Assembly (NCBI GenBank): GCA_045643325.1 | Contig: JAZUKQ010000044.1 | Span: forward strand, 1 to 34,348 | Direction of reading: 5' to 3' | Source: Kiritimatiellia bacterium | GTDB lineage: Bacteria > Verrucomicrobiota > Kiritimatiellia > RFP12 > JAZUKQ01 | DNA length: 34,348 nucleotides | Shown: positions 7,275-15,778 of the stretch, in pieces | Layout of the letters: every line of letters starts with the position of its first letter | Numbering within the stretch: position 1 is the stretch's first letter | Notes under the pieces: generated by a model | Database searches by the model: none | The model's input: only the letters and a program-made list of their open reading frames with translations | What the model was told of the DNA's origin: nothing | Translations under genes and position numbers: made by a program

Positions 7275-9287
7275 ATGTCAGATACGATTTTTGATGTCTT
7301 GGTCGTCGGTGGCGGACATGCCGGATCGGAGGCCTCGCTTTCCGCGGCGAGAATGGGATGCAAGACTCTTCTGGTCACTCTCCGTAAAGACAAAATCGCG
7401 TCCATGCCATGCAATCCGTCTGTAGGCGGCATCGCAAAATCGCATCTTGTGACGGAAATCGACGCGCTTGGCGGCGAAATGGGTAAAAACGCGGACTTTT
7501 CCGCGCTCCAATACAGGCTGCTGAACACTCGGCGCGGTCCCGCCGTCCAGTCGACCAGACTGCAATGCGATAAACCGCGCTACGCGGCCAGGATGCAGGC
7601 CGTTATGGCTTCTACAAAGAATCTCACGGTGCTGGAAGACGAAGTTGTCGCCTTCCGAATGGACGGTAATCGTGTCACTGGCGTTCATACCGAGAAAAAT
7701 GGTGAGATTCTCTCGAAAACAGTTGTTTTGACCGCAGGAACATTCCTGCGCGGAACAATTCATATCGGACATGAGACCGTCAGCGGCGGAGGTAACGGAC
7801 AGCCGGCTGCGAATGCGCTCGCCGACCAACTGCGAAGCGCTGGACTCTCTGTCTCAAGACTGAAAACAGGTACGCCGCCGCGCTTGAATCCGAAAAGCCT
7901 TCATTATGACAGGATGATGAGACAGGACGGCGACATTCCTCCTCCTTTTTTCTCCTGGAAAGCCAAAAAAAGATGGAAGGATACTGTTCAAACGACTGAA
8001 TTGTTCCACGTGGAACAATCTAGGGCTGAAGATAAGGAGGAGAATAGCGCCTCCTTTCAAGAAATGTTCCACGTGGAACATTTGCAAGACATCATCCATC
8101 GAGGACTGTTCCACGTGGAACAATCAAATCAAGAAGAACTCTCGCTGTCTGGTCAACTATCTCTCGATCGGTTATTCCACGCGGATAATCAAATCCCGTG
8201 CTATGTCTCCCATACAACAGAGGTCACTCACAGGATTGTACAAGATCACCTGAAGGACTCCGCGCTCTATGGCGGGGATATTTCGGGGGTCGGCGCCCGA
8301 TATTGTCCTTCGTTTGAGGACAAGGTCGTCAAATTCTCTGACAAAGAGTCGCATCATGTCTTTGTCGAGCCTGAATCCGCCGACCCGGAACTCAATATGT
8401 CCTACCCGAACGGGTTGTCGTGCTCGCTTCCGCGCGAGGTACAGTTGGAGATGGTCCACAGTGTCCCTGGTCTCGAGGACGCCGAGTTTCTCGCCTGGGC
8501 CTACGCCATTGAATACGACTTCTATGATCCCCGGGACCTGTTCTCGACGTTGGAGTCGAGAAAGATGCCTGGCTCTTTTTTCGCGGGACAGGTCAATGGG
8601 ACGACCGGATACGAAGAAGCTGCCGCGCAAGGATTTTTGGCCGGTGTCAATGCCGCCGCGTCCGTGCTTGGAATCGAACCGCTTGTTTTCGACCGCGCGG
8701 AGGCCTATCTCGGAGTTATGGTCGACGACCTCATCACGAAAGGAACCGATGAACCATACCGGATGTTCACTTCCCGGGCGGAACGTCGACTTCTTCTTCG
8801 TCAGGACAACGCACGATACCGCCTCTTCGACGCGTCCCGGCGCATCGGGATCTCCAATCCGGAATTTCTCGCGGAAACCGAATCCTTTGCTACGGCAATC
8901 CGGAAGGAGACGGACCGACTTTTCAACGAAAAAACGCAAGGACAGTCTCTTGCGACCTTGCTCTGCAAGACCGGTATCGAATATCCGGACCTTCCCGGCG
9001 CGCGGACAGATCTTCCGGAAGAAGTCGTCTACGAGGCCGTCCTCAACGCGCGCTATCATGGATATCTCGAGCGGGAGGAGCATCTGGCGGAAAAGATGCG
9101 GCTTGCTGAAAAAATCAGAATTCCATCCGATTTGGACTACCAATCGATTTCCGCGCTGCGTTTCGAATCTCGTGAGAAATTGACGCGCGTTCGCCCGGAG
9201 AATCTCGGACAGGCCGGACGCATCCCCGGCGTGAATCCGGCGGATATCGCCATCCTTTCCGTTGTCATTCAACGAAGAAAGAGATAA
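7275..9287 (+). CDS. mnmG: tRNA uridine-5-carboxymethylaminomethyl(34) synthesis enzyme MnmG (GidA), with a parS-containing insertion
   Basis: [73 protein letters not shown] and IPGVNPADI. Confidence 0.97.
   Translation: MSDTIFDVLVVGGGHAGSEASLSAARMGCKTLLVTLRKDKIASMPCNPSVGGIAKSHLVTEIDALGGEMGKNADFSALQYRLLNTRRGPAVQSTRLQCDKPRYAARMQAVMASTKNLTVLEDEVVAFRMDGNRVTGVHTEKNGEILSKTVVLTAGTFLRGTIHIGHETVSGGGNGQPAANALADQLRSAGLSVSRLKTGTPPRLNPKSLHYDRMMRQDGDIPPPFFSWKAKKRWKDTVQTTELFHVEQSRAEDKEENSASFQEMFHVEHLQDIIHRGLFHVEQSNQEELSLSGQLSLDRLFHADNQIPCYVSHTTEVTHRIVQDHLKDSALYGGDISGVGARYCPSFEDKVVKFSDKESHHVFVEPESADPELNMSYPNGLSCSLPREVQLEMVHSVPGLEDAEFLAWAYAIEYDFYDPRDLFSTLESRKMPGSFFAGQVNGTTGYEEAAAQGFLAGVNAAASVLGIEPLVFDRAEAYLGVMVDDLITKGTDEPYRMFTSRAERRLLLRQDNARYRLFDASRRIGISNPEFLAETESFATAIRKETDRLFNEKTQGQSLATLLCKTGIEYPDLPGARTDLPEEVVYEAVLNARYHGYLEREEHLAEKMRLAEKIRIPSDLDYQSISALRFESREKLTRVRPENLGQAGRIPGVNPADIAILSVVIQRRKR
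8002..8017. other. parS site 1
   Basis: TGTTCCACGTGGAACA is a perfect palindrome matching the widespread parS consensus, extendable to 20 bp (8000-8019). Confidence 0.9.
8065..8080. other. parS site 2
   Basis: TGTTCCACGTGGAACA, extendable to a 22-bp palindrome (8062-8083). Confidence 0.9.
8107..8122. other. parS site 3
   Basis: TGTTCCACGTGGAACA. Confidence 0.9.
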
Positions 9288-9289
9288 TA

Positions 9290-9540
9290 CCTTCGTTTAT
9301 ATGTTCATAGGGTGTCAGTAAATAGACAACGGATAGTGGATGATATGAAAATCGCTGTGAACGGTTCTTAGGAATTGTTTATAACAGCTTCCTTGTTCTC
9401 CACGTTCTTGCCGGGTTATTCATGGGTTCAACATTTCATAAGTCCATGAATGAAAGCGTGGATTCTTCATTTTCAACAATATTGACAAGGGTACTGTCTA
9501 CTGTTTCATTTCTCTCTTTAAAATAATATACATCTATCCG
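9290..9540. other. Putative chromosomal replication origin (oriC)
   Basis: An AT-rich gap downstream of mnmG, ~1.2 kb from three parS sites. DnaA-box-like 9-mers are AGTGGATGA 9335, TGTTTATAA 9376, TTCTCCACG 9396, TTATTCATG 9416, TTTTCAACA 9470 and ATATTGACA 9479. These are followed by AGGG, TACTGTCTACTG (trio-like) and TTTAAAATAATATA. Confidence 0.7.
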
Positions 9541-9650
9541 GAACATGCGGGGGAGCCGCGCGGAAAAGAATCGGGAAAGACGATTTTCGGAGAATGTCCT
9601 GTCCATTGATCCTTCGCGGAATGAGCCATCCGCGCGCACCCATAGATGTT

Positions 9651-9679
9651 TTGACTTTCCGGCCGACCGCTCGTATAAT
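9651..9679 (+). promoter_or_regulatory. Near-consensus sigma70 promoter of the AKR operon
   Basis: TTGACT-17 bp-TATAAT, with a GGAG RBS at ~9695 before ATG 9707. Confidence 0.85.
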
Positions 9680-9706
9680 TCCAAAACAATTTGTGGAGAA
9701 AACCTT

Positions 9707-10705
9707 ATGAAACCCTATCTTCCCTCCGACAATCGCTACGGCTCGCTCCCTGTCCGGCGCTGTGGACGCACCGGTGTCCGTCTTCCCGTTCTCTCCCTCG
9801 GTCTCTGGCACAACTTCGGCAGTGTCGATGTCTACGACAACTGCCGCGAGATGGCGCGCACCGCGTTCGATCACGGCATTTTTCATTTCGATCTTGCCAA
9901 CAACTACGGTCCCGAGCCCGGCTCGGCGGAGCGTACGTTCGGACGCATTCTCAAAGACGATCTCGCCCCATACCGCGACGAACTCGTCATCTCCTCCAAG
10001 GCCGGATATTGGATGTGGCCGGGACCCTACGGCGATTTCGGTTCCCGCAAGTACCTGGTCGCGAGCTGCGACCAGAGCCTCAAACGCCTCGGGCTCGACT
10101 ATGTCGATATCTTCTATCACCATCGGCCCGATCCGGACACCGACCTCGAGGAGTCGATGCTCGCGCTCGACTATATCGTCCGCTCCGGACGCGCCATGTA
10201 CGCGGGCATCTCCAACTATAACTGCGAGCAGACGAAAAAGGCCGTCGCCATCCTCCGCGAGTTGAAGACCCCGTTCGTCATCCATCAGCTCCGGTACAAT
10301 CTCTTCGACCGCCGCTTCGAGCAGGACGGACTCCTGAAATGGCTTGCCGACAACGGCGTGGGCGGCATCGCGTTTTCTCCGCTCGATCAAGGCTTCCTTG
10401 CCGGACGCTATCTCGACGGAACGATTCCCGCCGACTCCCGCGCCGGAAAAGGCGGCTTCCTCAAGCCCGCGAATGTCACCGCCGAGAAGGTAGAGAAGAC
10501 CCGCCAGCTCAACGAAATCGCCAAACGCCGCGGCCAGACGCTCGCGCAGATGTCCCTCGCATGGCTTCTTTCCCGTACGGGCATCACCGCCGCGCTCATC
10601 GGCGCGAGCCGTCCCGCGCAGATTCTCGACAGTCTCGGCGCCGTTCAGAATCTTGAGTTCTCCGCGGAGGAGCTCAAAGAAATGGACGCGATCACCTGCG
10701 GCTAG
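9707..10705 (+). CDS. Aldo/keto reductase (YghZ/Gpr, L-glyceraldehyde-3-phosphate reductase-like)
   Basis: LSLGLWHNFG, HFDLANNYGPEPGSAE, SSKAGYWMWPGPYGDFGSRKYL and YVDIFYHHRPDP. Start MKPYLPS follows the RBS. Confidence 0.92.
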   Translation: MKPYLPSDNRYGSLPVRRCGRTGVRLPVLSLGLWHNFGSVDVYDNCREMARTAFDHGIFHFDLANNYGPEPGSAERTFGRILKDDLAPYRDELVISSKAGYWMWPGPYGDFGSRKYLVASCDQSLKRLGLDYVDIFYHHRPDPDTDLEESMLALDYIVRSGRAMYAGISNYNCEQTKKAVAILRELKTPFVIHQLRYNLFDRRFEQDGLLKWLADNGVGGIAFSPLDQGFLAGRYLDGTIPADSRAGKGGFLKPANVTAEKVEKTRQLNEIAKRRGQTLAQMSLAWLLSRTGITAALIGASRPAQILDSLGAVQNLEFSAEELKEMDAITCG

Positions 10706-10712
10706 CGGAAAT

Positions 10713-11261
10713 ATGAAACTGCTTATCGCAAGCGACATCCACGGCTCGATACCGAGCTGCCAGAAGCTGCTGGAGGCGTACGCGCGCGAGAAGGCCGACA
10801 AGATGGTCCTTCTCGGCGACTACCTTTACCACGGTCCTCGCAACAGTCTGCCGGAGGCATACGGCCCCGACAGCGTCATCGGAATGCTCAACGGGGCGCG
10901 CGAGCATATCCTCGCCGTCCGGGGAAACTGCGACGCGGAGATCGACCAGATGCTCCTCAAGTTCCCCACGGGCTCCGATTCGATGACTCTTTTCATCGAC
11001 GGGCTTACGCTCTTCGCGACGCACGGCCATCTGTTCAATGAAGACTGCCCTCCGCCGCTCCGTCCCGGCGAAATTCTCCTGCACGGCCATACGCACATCT
11101 GCATGATGAAAAAAGCAGATTCCGGAACGTTCTGGGTTCTTAATCCGGGATCGGTCAGTCTTCCCCGCATGAACAATCCGCGCACCTACATGACGTACGA
11201 GAATCATGAGTTCGCGTTGAAGACGCTCGACGGGGAAATGATTCAGCGGATGGAAATATAA
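10713..11261 (+). CDS. yfcE: YfcE-family metallophosphoesterase
   Basis: ASDIHGS, LLGDYLYHGPRN, VRGNCDAEIDQM, THGH, HGHTH and NPGSVSLP. Confidence 0.9.
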   Translation: MKLLIASDIHGSIPSCQKLLEAYAREKADKMVLLGDYLYHGPRNSLPEAYGPDSVIGMLNGAREHILAVRGNCDAEIDQMLLKFPTGSDSMTLFIDGLTLFATHGHLFNEDCPPPLRPGEILLHGHTHICMMKKADSGTFWVLNPGSVSLPRMNNPRTYMTYENHEFALKTLDGEMIQRMEI

Positions 11262-11290
11262 GGTCAGGGACTCTGATTCTCCGCACAGTC

Positions 11291-11875
11291 ATGCCCATCA
11301 CAAACGAATCGCTGTCTCCCACGTTTTGGCGTACCTGCCGCGTGCTCGCCAACGAGCGCAGGCTGAAGTGTCTGAAAACGGTGCTCAAAGCGCCGGGGAG
11401 CACGGTCGGAGAAGTCGCCGGGCTTACGGGACTGCCCGAGTGCCAGGCGTCGACGGGGCTTCGTCTGCTTCAGTCCCGCGGACTTCTCGAAGTCGAACGG
11501 GAAGGTGTCCATATCCGCTACTATCCGATTCCCGATCCGCTCGTGCGGTCCGCGAAGCCGATTCTTCTCGCGCTTCAAAAAGCGCTTATTACGCGGAAAA
11601 TGTCGCTTCCCGCGATCGTCGAAGAGCTCCGGGCGTTCCGTCACGAATGCCGCCTGCGCATTCTCGACCTTCTTTCCGACCGCCGCCGCGGAGCGGACGA
11701 GCTTCAAGTCCTTCTCCGCATCAGCCATACCGGAGTCCTCCGGCACATTCACGTTCTTGAGGAACTTCACCATATTCAGCATCTTGTGACCGACGAGTAC
11801 GAACTCCGTACGCCGGCCGTCGCGCTCGCCGCCGAACTGCAGCTCGCGCTGCTTCACCGTCATAGTCCGAAATAG
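11291..11875 (+). CDS. Transcriptional regulator with two tandem ArsR-like winged-HTH domains
   Basis: Two repeats of the ArsR pattern: 'RVLANERRLKCL...TVGEVAGLTGLPECQASTGLRLLQSRGLL' and 'RAFRHECRLRILDLL...ADELQVLLRISHTGVLRHIHVLEE'. Confidence 0.75.
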   Translation: MPITNESLSPTFWRTCRVLANERRLKCLKTVLKAPGSTVGEVAGLTGLPECQASTGLRLLQSRGLLEVEREGVHIRYYPIPDPLVRSAKPILLALQKALITRKMSLPAIVEELRAFRHECRLRILDLLSDRRRGADELQVLLRISHTGVLRHIHVLEELHHIQHLVTDEYELRTPAVALAAELQLALLHRHSPK

Positions 11876-11940
11876 CGGCCCGCGTTGAATTTTTCTCGTC
11901 AAGTGCCGACAAACTGAAAACACTTCTGTTTCCTTCTCAC

Positions 11941-12645
11941 ATGCCTTCTTCCTCCCGTTTCAAAGCCGTCCTGTTCGATCTCGACGGGACACTCTACGAC
12001 TATAATCGCGCGGAAACCGCGGCATTGCGCGAGCTCGCGCTCGTCGCGGGAGAGGAGTGGGGACTTTCCGAGCAGGAGTTCACCGATCTTTCACAACGCG
12101 CGTTCGACGTGCAAAAGCGCAGGATCGGAACGAAGAGCGGTTCCATCCATAACCGGCTTATGCGGATTCAGATTTCGTTGGAGATGCTCGGGCGCATGGA
12201 CCTTTTTCCCCGTGCCATGTACTATACCCGCCGCTATCTGGATAAGTATCTCGATTCGATGGTGCCCTCTCCGGGCCTCTTCGAGACGTTGGACGGGGTC
12301 CGGGCACGCGGCATCGTCTCGTGCCTCGCGACGAATTTCATTCTTTGGGTTCAGTATGAGAAAGCGTCCCGCCTCGGCATAACTGGAAAGTTCGATTATT
12401 GGGTGACGAGCGAGGAGACCGGACTGGACAAGCCCGAGCCCCGCTTTTTCAGGCAATGTGTCGAAAAAGTCGGATGCGCGCCGGAGGAATGCCTTTTTGT
12501 CGGCGACTCCTTCCGCAATGACATCGAAGCGTCGATCGCTTCGGGTATGGAGGCGCTTTGGTTTGCCCCCGATCCCGAAATCCGTGCGAAACATCCGGAG
12601 GCACGGGCCATCAGCGCGCTTCCGGAGGTGTTGGACTTCCTCTAG
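11941..12645 (+). CDS. HAD-superfamily hydrolase (YjjG-like nucleotidase)
   Basis: LFDLDGTL, ATN, SEETGLDKPEP and FVGDSFRNDI. Confidence 0.88.
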   Translation: MPSSSRFKAVLFDLDGTLYDYNRAETAALRELALVAGEEWGLSEQEFTDLSQRAFDVQKRRIGTKSGSIHNRLMRIQISLEMLGRMDLFPRAMYYTRRYLDKYLDSMVPSPGLFETLDGVRARGIVSCLATNFILWVQYEKASRLGITGKFDYWVTSEETGLDKPEPRFFRQCVEKVGCAPEECLFVGDSFRNDIEASIASGMEALWFAPDPEIRAKHPEARAISALPEVLDFL

Positions 12646-14243
12646 TCCGACGTCTGGCTTTCCAGCAGGTCCGTCGCGACAAGAGCGCGTTCCCCGATAC
12701 GCCACGCCGCGCGGTCTCCGGCCTCGGCATGAAGAAACGCGGCGGCCTTCGCGGTCCGGAAACCGTCCAACCCCTGCGCGAAGAGCGCGCCGGTCCAACC
12801 GGCGAGAATGTCGCCGCTTCCTCCGGTCGCCATGCCTGGATTTCCTCCCCGGACGATTGCCGGAGTCTTTTCCGGCGCGCCGACGAGCGTTCCACATCCT
12901 TTTAGAACCACGACCGCGCCGGACGCCATGACCAAGTCACGCAGCGCGCCGGAACGGTCGGCGTCGAGTTCGTCCACGGGCCGTCCGAGAAGCCTGGCGG
13001 CTTCCGCCGCGTGAGGAGTCAGGACGAGCGTATCGCCGAATTTCATGGAGCGGAGCCGCGCCATGTCGTCGGATACTGCCCACAGTCCGTCCGCGTCCAA
13101 AACGACGGGAAGACGGCGCGTTCTGGCCGTTTCCAGAAGGTCCCAAACCAGGTTCCGTGTATCCGGCGACCGCCCGAGGCCCGGACCCACGACGAGGACG
13201 GTCGCGCGTTTCGGAATAAGGTCCGGTTCCGCGCGGACGAGCGCTTCCGAGGAAAGAAATCCGGTCTTACCAGACACATTCTCCGGAGCAGTGTCTTCCA
13301 TCTCGCTCACCATGACTTCCGGCGCGGCGATCCGGATGCCCGCGGCGGCTTTCGGCGTCGTGAGAACGGACACGAGACCGGCCCCGCCGCGAAGCGCCGC
13401 GCGGGCGGCCATTCCGATGGCGCCGGGGAAGGCGTCGCTTCCGCCGATGAGCGCCACATGACCGAAATCCCCTTTATGGGCGGTCCGGGAACGGCGGCCG
13501 AGCCAGGACCGGACTTCTGTCGATGTCACAAGGTCGAACGGGACGGTGTCCGGCGGAATGGACGCGCGCGTCTGTTCCGTCATGAGTTCTTTTGAGCTCA
13601 GTCCGAGCGGCGCGACATCGATCCGCCCGCAGTACTCCGCCACGGCGTCTTCTTTTTCTCCGGGCCCCCGCGCGATTTGGACCATTCCTTTTTTCGGAGC
13701 TTCCAGCGCGATGGTCCAGTCGGCCGTTACACAGCCTTCGGGGAAGATGCCGTCGTCCGCCGACATGCCGGACGGGATGTCGATCGCGATGACGAACGCG
13801 CCGCGGAGATTTCTCCACCGGTTGACCGCGGAGGCGAGTTCGCCGTCGCGTCCGCGCGGGGAACCCGAAACCCCGGTGCCGAGGATTCCGTCGACGACGA
13901 TACTTCCCCGGGGCGGTTCGAACGAGTCCCAATCCGTTTCGAGGGACAGGCCTTCCGCCATGCGTCTCGGAAGCGGTTTCAACGTTTGAGGGATTCCGAC
14001 GGAGAACACCTTGACCCGGTATCCCCAGTCGAGCAGGTCATGCGCCGCGACAAAAGCGTCTCCACCGTTGTTTCCGCGGCCCGCGCAAAGAATCACGGGG
14101 AGGTCGGCGACGCCGCGCAGGCGTGCGGCGGTCCGGACGGCTTCCGCGACGGAGAGCCCGGCCCGGCGCATGGCGCGCTCCAACCCGCCGGCTCCCGCGG
14201 CGGAATCAAGTTCTCGAAGTTGTTGCACGGAAAGTGGTTTCAT
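12642..14243 (-). CDS. nnr: Bifunctional NAD(P)H-hydrate epimerase/dehydratase (YjeF/Nnr)
   Basis: CAGRGNNGGDAF, VDGILGTG and IDIPSG (epimerase domain); HKGDFGH, GPGLG, VLDADGL, LTPHAAEAARL and MATGGSGDILAG (dehydratase domain). Confidence 0.93.
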   Translation of the reverse strand: MKPLSVQQLRELDSAAGAGGLERAMRRAGLSVAEAVRTAARLRGVADLPVILCAGRGNNGGDAFVAAHDLLDWGYRVKVFSVGIPQTLKPLPRRMAEGLSLETDWDSFEPPRGSIVVDGILGTGVSGSPRGRDGELASAVNRWRNLRGAFVIAIDIPSGMSADDGIFPEGCVTADWTIALEAPKKGMVQIARGPGEKEDAVAEYCGRIDVAPLGLSSKELMTEQTRASIPPDTVPFDLVTSTEVRSWLGRRSRTAHKGDFGHVALIGGSDAFPGAIGMAARAALRGGAGLVSVLTTPKAAAGIRIAAPEVMVSEMEDTAPENVSGKTGFLSSEALVRAEPDLIPKRATVLVVGPGLGRSPDTRNLVWDLLETARTRRLPVVLDADGLWAVSDDMARLRSMKFGDTLVLTPHAAEAARLLGRPVDELDADRSGALRDLVMASGAVVVLKGCGTLVGAPEKTPAIVRGGNPGMATGGSGDILAGWTGALFAQGLDGFRTAKAAAFLHAEAGDRAAWRIGERALVATDLLESQTSD

Positions 14244-14254
14244 TTCGGCGCGTC

Positions 14255-14283
14255 ATCCTATTGAAACTCATCGTTCAAGTCAA
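14255..14283 (-). promoter_or_regulatory. Sigma70 promoter of nnr (very short leader)
   Basis: The minus strand reads TTGACT-17 bp-TAGGAT, ending 11 nt before ATG 14243. Confidence 0.6.
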
Positions 14284-14385
14284 GGAAACTTCGCGACAAA
14301 ACAAAGAATCCCAAACGCGGGGAGCGGAGCGACGAAATAGTGCCGCGCCCCGCTTTTTTGATTCTCTGTTCCGTATCCATCAGGT

Positions 14386-14415
14386 TTGACTTTTTGGGTT
14401 ATGATATTTTACAAT
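14386..14415 (+). promoter_or_regulatory. Sigma70 promoter of the two-gene secreted protein/GH5 cassette
   Basis: TTGACT-18 bp-TACAAT within an AT-rich stretch. Confidence 0.55.
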
Positions 14416-14487
14416 AGAAACAATGGGTAAGTTATGTGTGTTTTTTTTGAATAATTCACGAAAGTCATGTATAAAGGAAGACGTTTG

Positions 14488-15756
14488 ATGACAATCAGGT
14501 CGATGGCAGTTTTTTTTGCCTTGGTCACAGGATGCGCGTGGGGTGCCGATCCGTTTCTCAAGATCGATGTCAACGCGGGTGTGCAGGGCGGCGCGACACA
14601 GGACGGCTGGAGTAATTTCGGTTGGTCGGTGGTGAATGTCGCGGGCCCGGTGACGAATCGTTACTATACGACCTCTTCCGCCGTCGCCGGCAAGAATGTG
14701 GACGTAGTGATCGCCGCCGGTTCCTCGGAAGAAGATACGAGCACGCTCACGGCCCGCGACCGGACGGGGGCGCAGGTGATCGGATCTGGATTTCCGCTCG
14801 CGGATCTTTACCGCGATTTACTGAACCCCAACAACAATGTCCCGGTCTGGATCAAGATTCTCGGGCTGAAACCGGGCGCCGCCTACGAGTTCAAAGCCTA
14901 TGGCTATGACGACAACAACACGAGCACGGTGACGGTCTCCCCGATGGCGGACGGGTCTCCGGTCGGAATCTCCGGCGCGCTGTCCTATACCGCCGGAACC
15001 GTGTTTTCCGCGGAAACCGATCCCGACCTCTGCGCGGCGGCCGTGACGGCCGTGTCGGACGAAGAGGGCACGTTGACGTTCCGCTTGACCGGAAATCCCA
15101 AGCCGCCGGTTCTCGGAGGGTTTACGCTGGCCAAATCCGATCACGACGTGTTTTCGCTGTTTATCGATTTCGGCGACAACTCGTCGTCCAAAGTGGCCGC
15201 CGGCGCGCAGCTGTTCTATTACACCGAGTCGACCGAACCGCGTTCGGTCTCCTACGCCGGCCAGCTCCATAACGGAAGCACGGGCCGCGTCACGATCACC
15301 CTGACGCAGGGAACCGGATTCGAGTCCAAGAAATTCATTGTCCGGGACCGGAATCCGACGGCGTACGCCGATGTGTTCCCGGGGTATCAGGAATACCGCG
15401 ACTGCGCCATCCTGTCGTATGCCACGTCCATGTGGGTGGATATCGACGGGCTGCTGCCGAACGCCAAGTACGACCTGGTTGTGTGTCCCTACGACTACAA
15501 CAACGGGCGCACCTCGACGTTGACCGACTGGACGTCCGGATCCGCCGGCAGCACCCAGACATTCAAGACCACGTCGAAAACCGCCCTTACTGCCGACACG
15601 CCGCTGGATCTCTATACCGCCAGTTTCCGGCTTTTCAGCGACGAAAACGGGAGAATCCGCCTTCTCAACTCGGTTGCGAGCGGCGAAGTCGCCCTGGCCT
15701 GGCTTAAAATACAGTATGTTCCGCAGGTCCGCGGACTTCAAATGATCGTCTTTTAG
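14488..15756 (+). CDS. Secreted protein with two internally duplicated beta-sandwich-like domains and C-terminal tail VPQVRGLQMIVF
   Basis: Signal peptide (MTIRSMAVFFALVTGCAWGA) after AAGGAAG. Internal repeat: LKIDVN...ARDR...LYRD...WIKILGLKPGAAYEFKAYGYD versus LFIDFG...VRDR...EYRD...WVDIDGLLPNAKYDLVVCPYD. Confidence 0.75.
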   Translation: MTIRSMAVFFALVTGCAWGADPFLKIDVNAGVQGGATQDGWSNFGWSVVNVAGPVTNRYYTTSSAVAGKNVDVVIAAGSSEEDTSTLTARDRTGAQVIGSGFPLADLYRDLLNPNNNVPVWIKILGLKPGAAYEFKAYGYDDNNTSTVTVSPMADGSPVGISGALSYTAGTVFSAETDPDLCAAAVTAVSDEEGTLTFRLTGNPKPPVLGGFTLAKSDHDVFSLFIDFGDNSSSKVAAGAQLFYYTESTEPRSVSYAGQLHNGSTGRVTITLTQGTGFESKKFIVRDRNPTAYADVFPGYQEYRDCAILSYATSMWVDIDGLLPNAKYDLVVCPYDYNNGRTSTLTDWTSGSAGSTQTFKTTSKTALTADTPLDLYTASFRLFSDENGRIRLLNSVASGEVALAWLKIQYVPQVRGLQMIVF

Positions 15757-15778
15757 TGTCGTGGATAAAATGGGAAAA

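Noticed and set aside
8002-8122. Three identical 16-mers with unique spacers as a mini-CRISPR
   Set aside because: The repeat is too short, the spacers are unequal (47 and 26 bp), there are no cas genes, and the repeat matches parS exactly.
7854-8123. Antisense 89-aa ORF beginning MFHVEQ
   Set aside because: An artefact of the parS palindromes reading the same on both strands.
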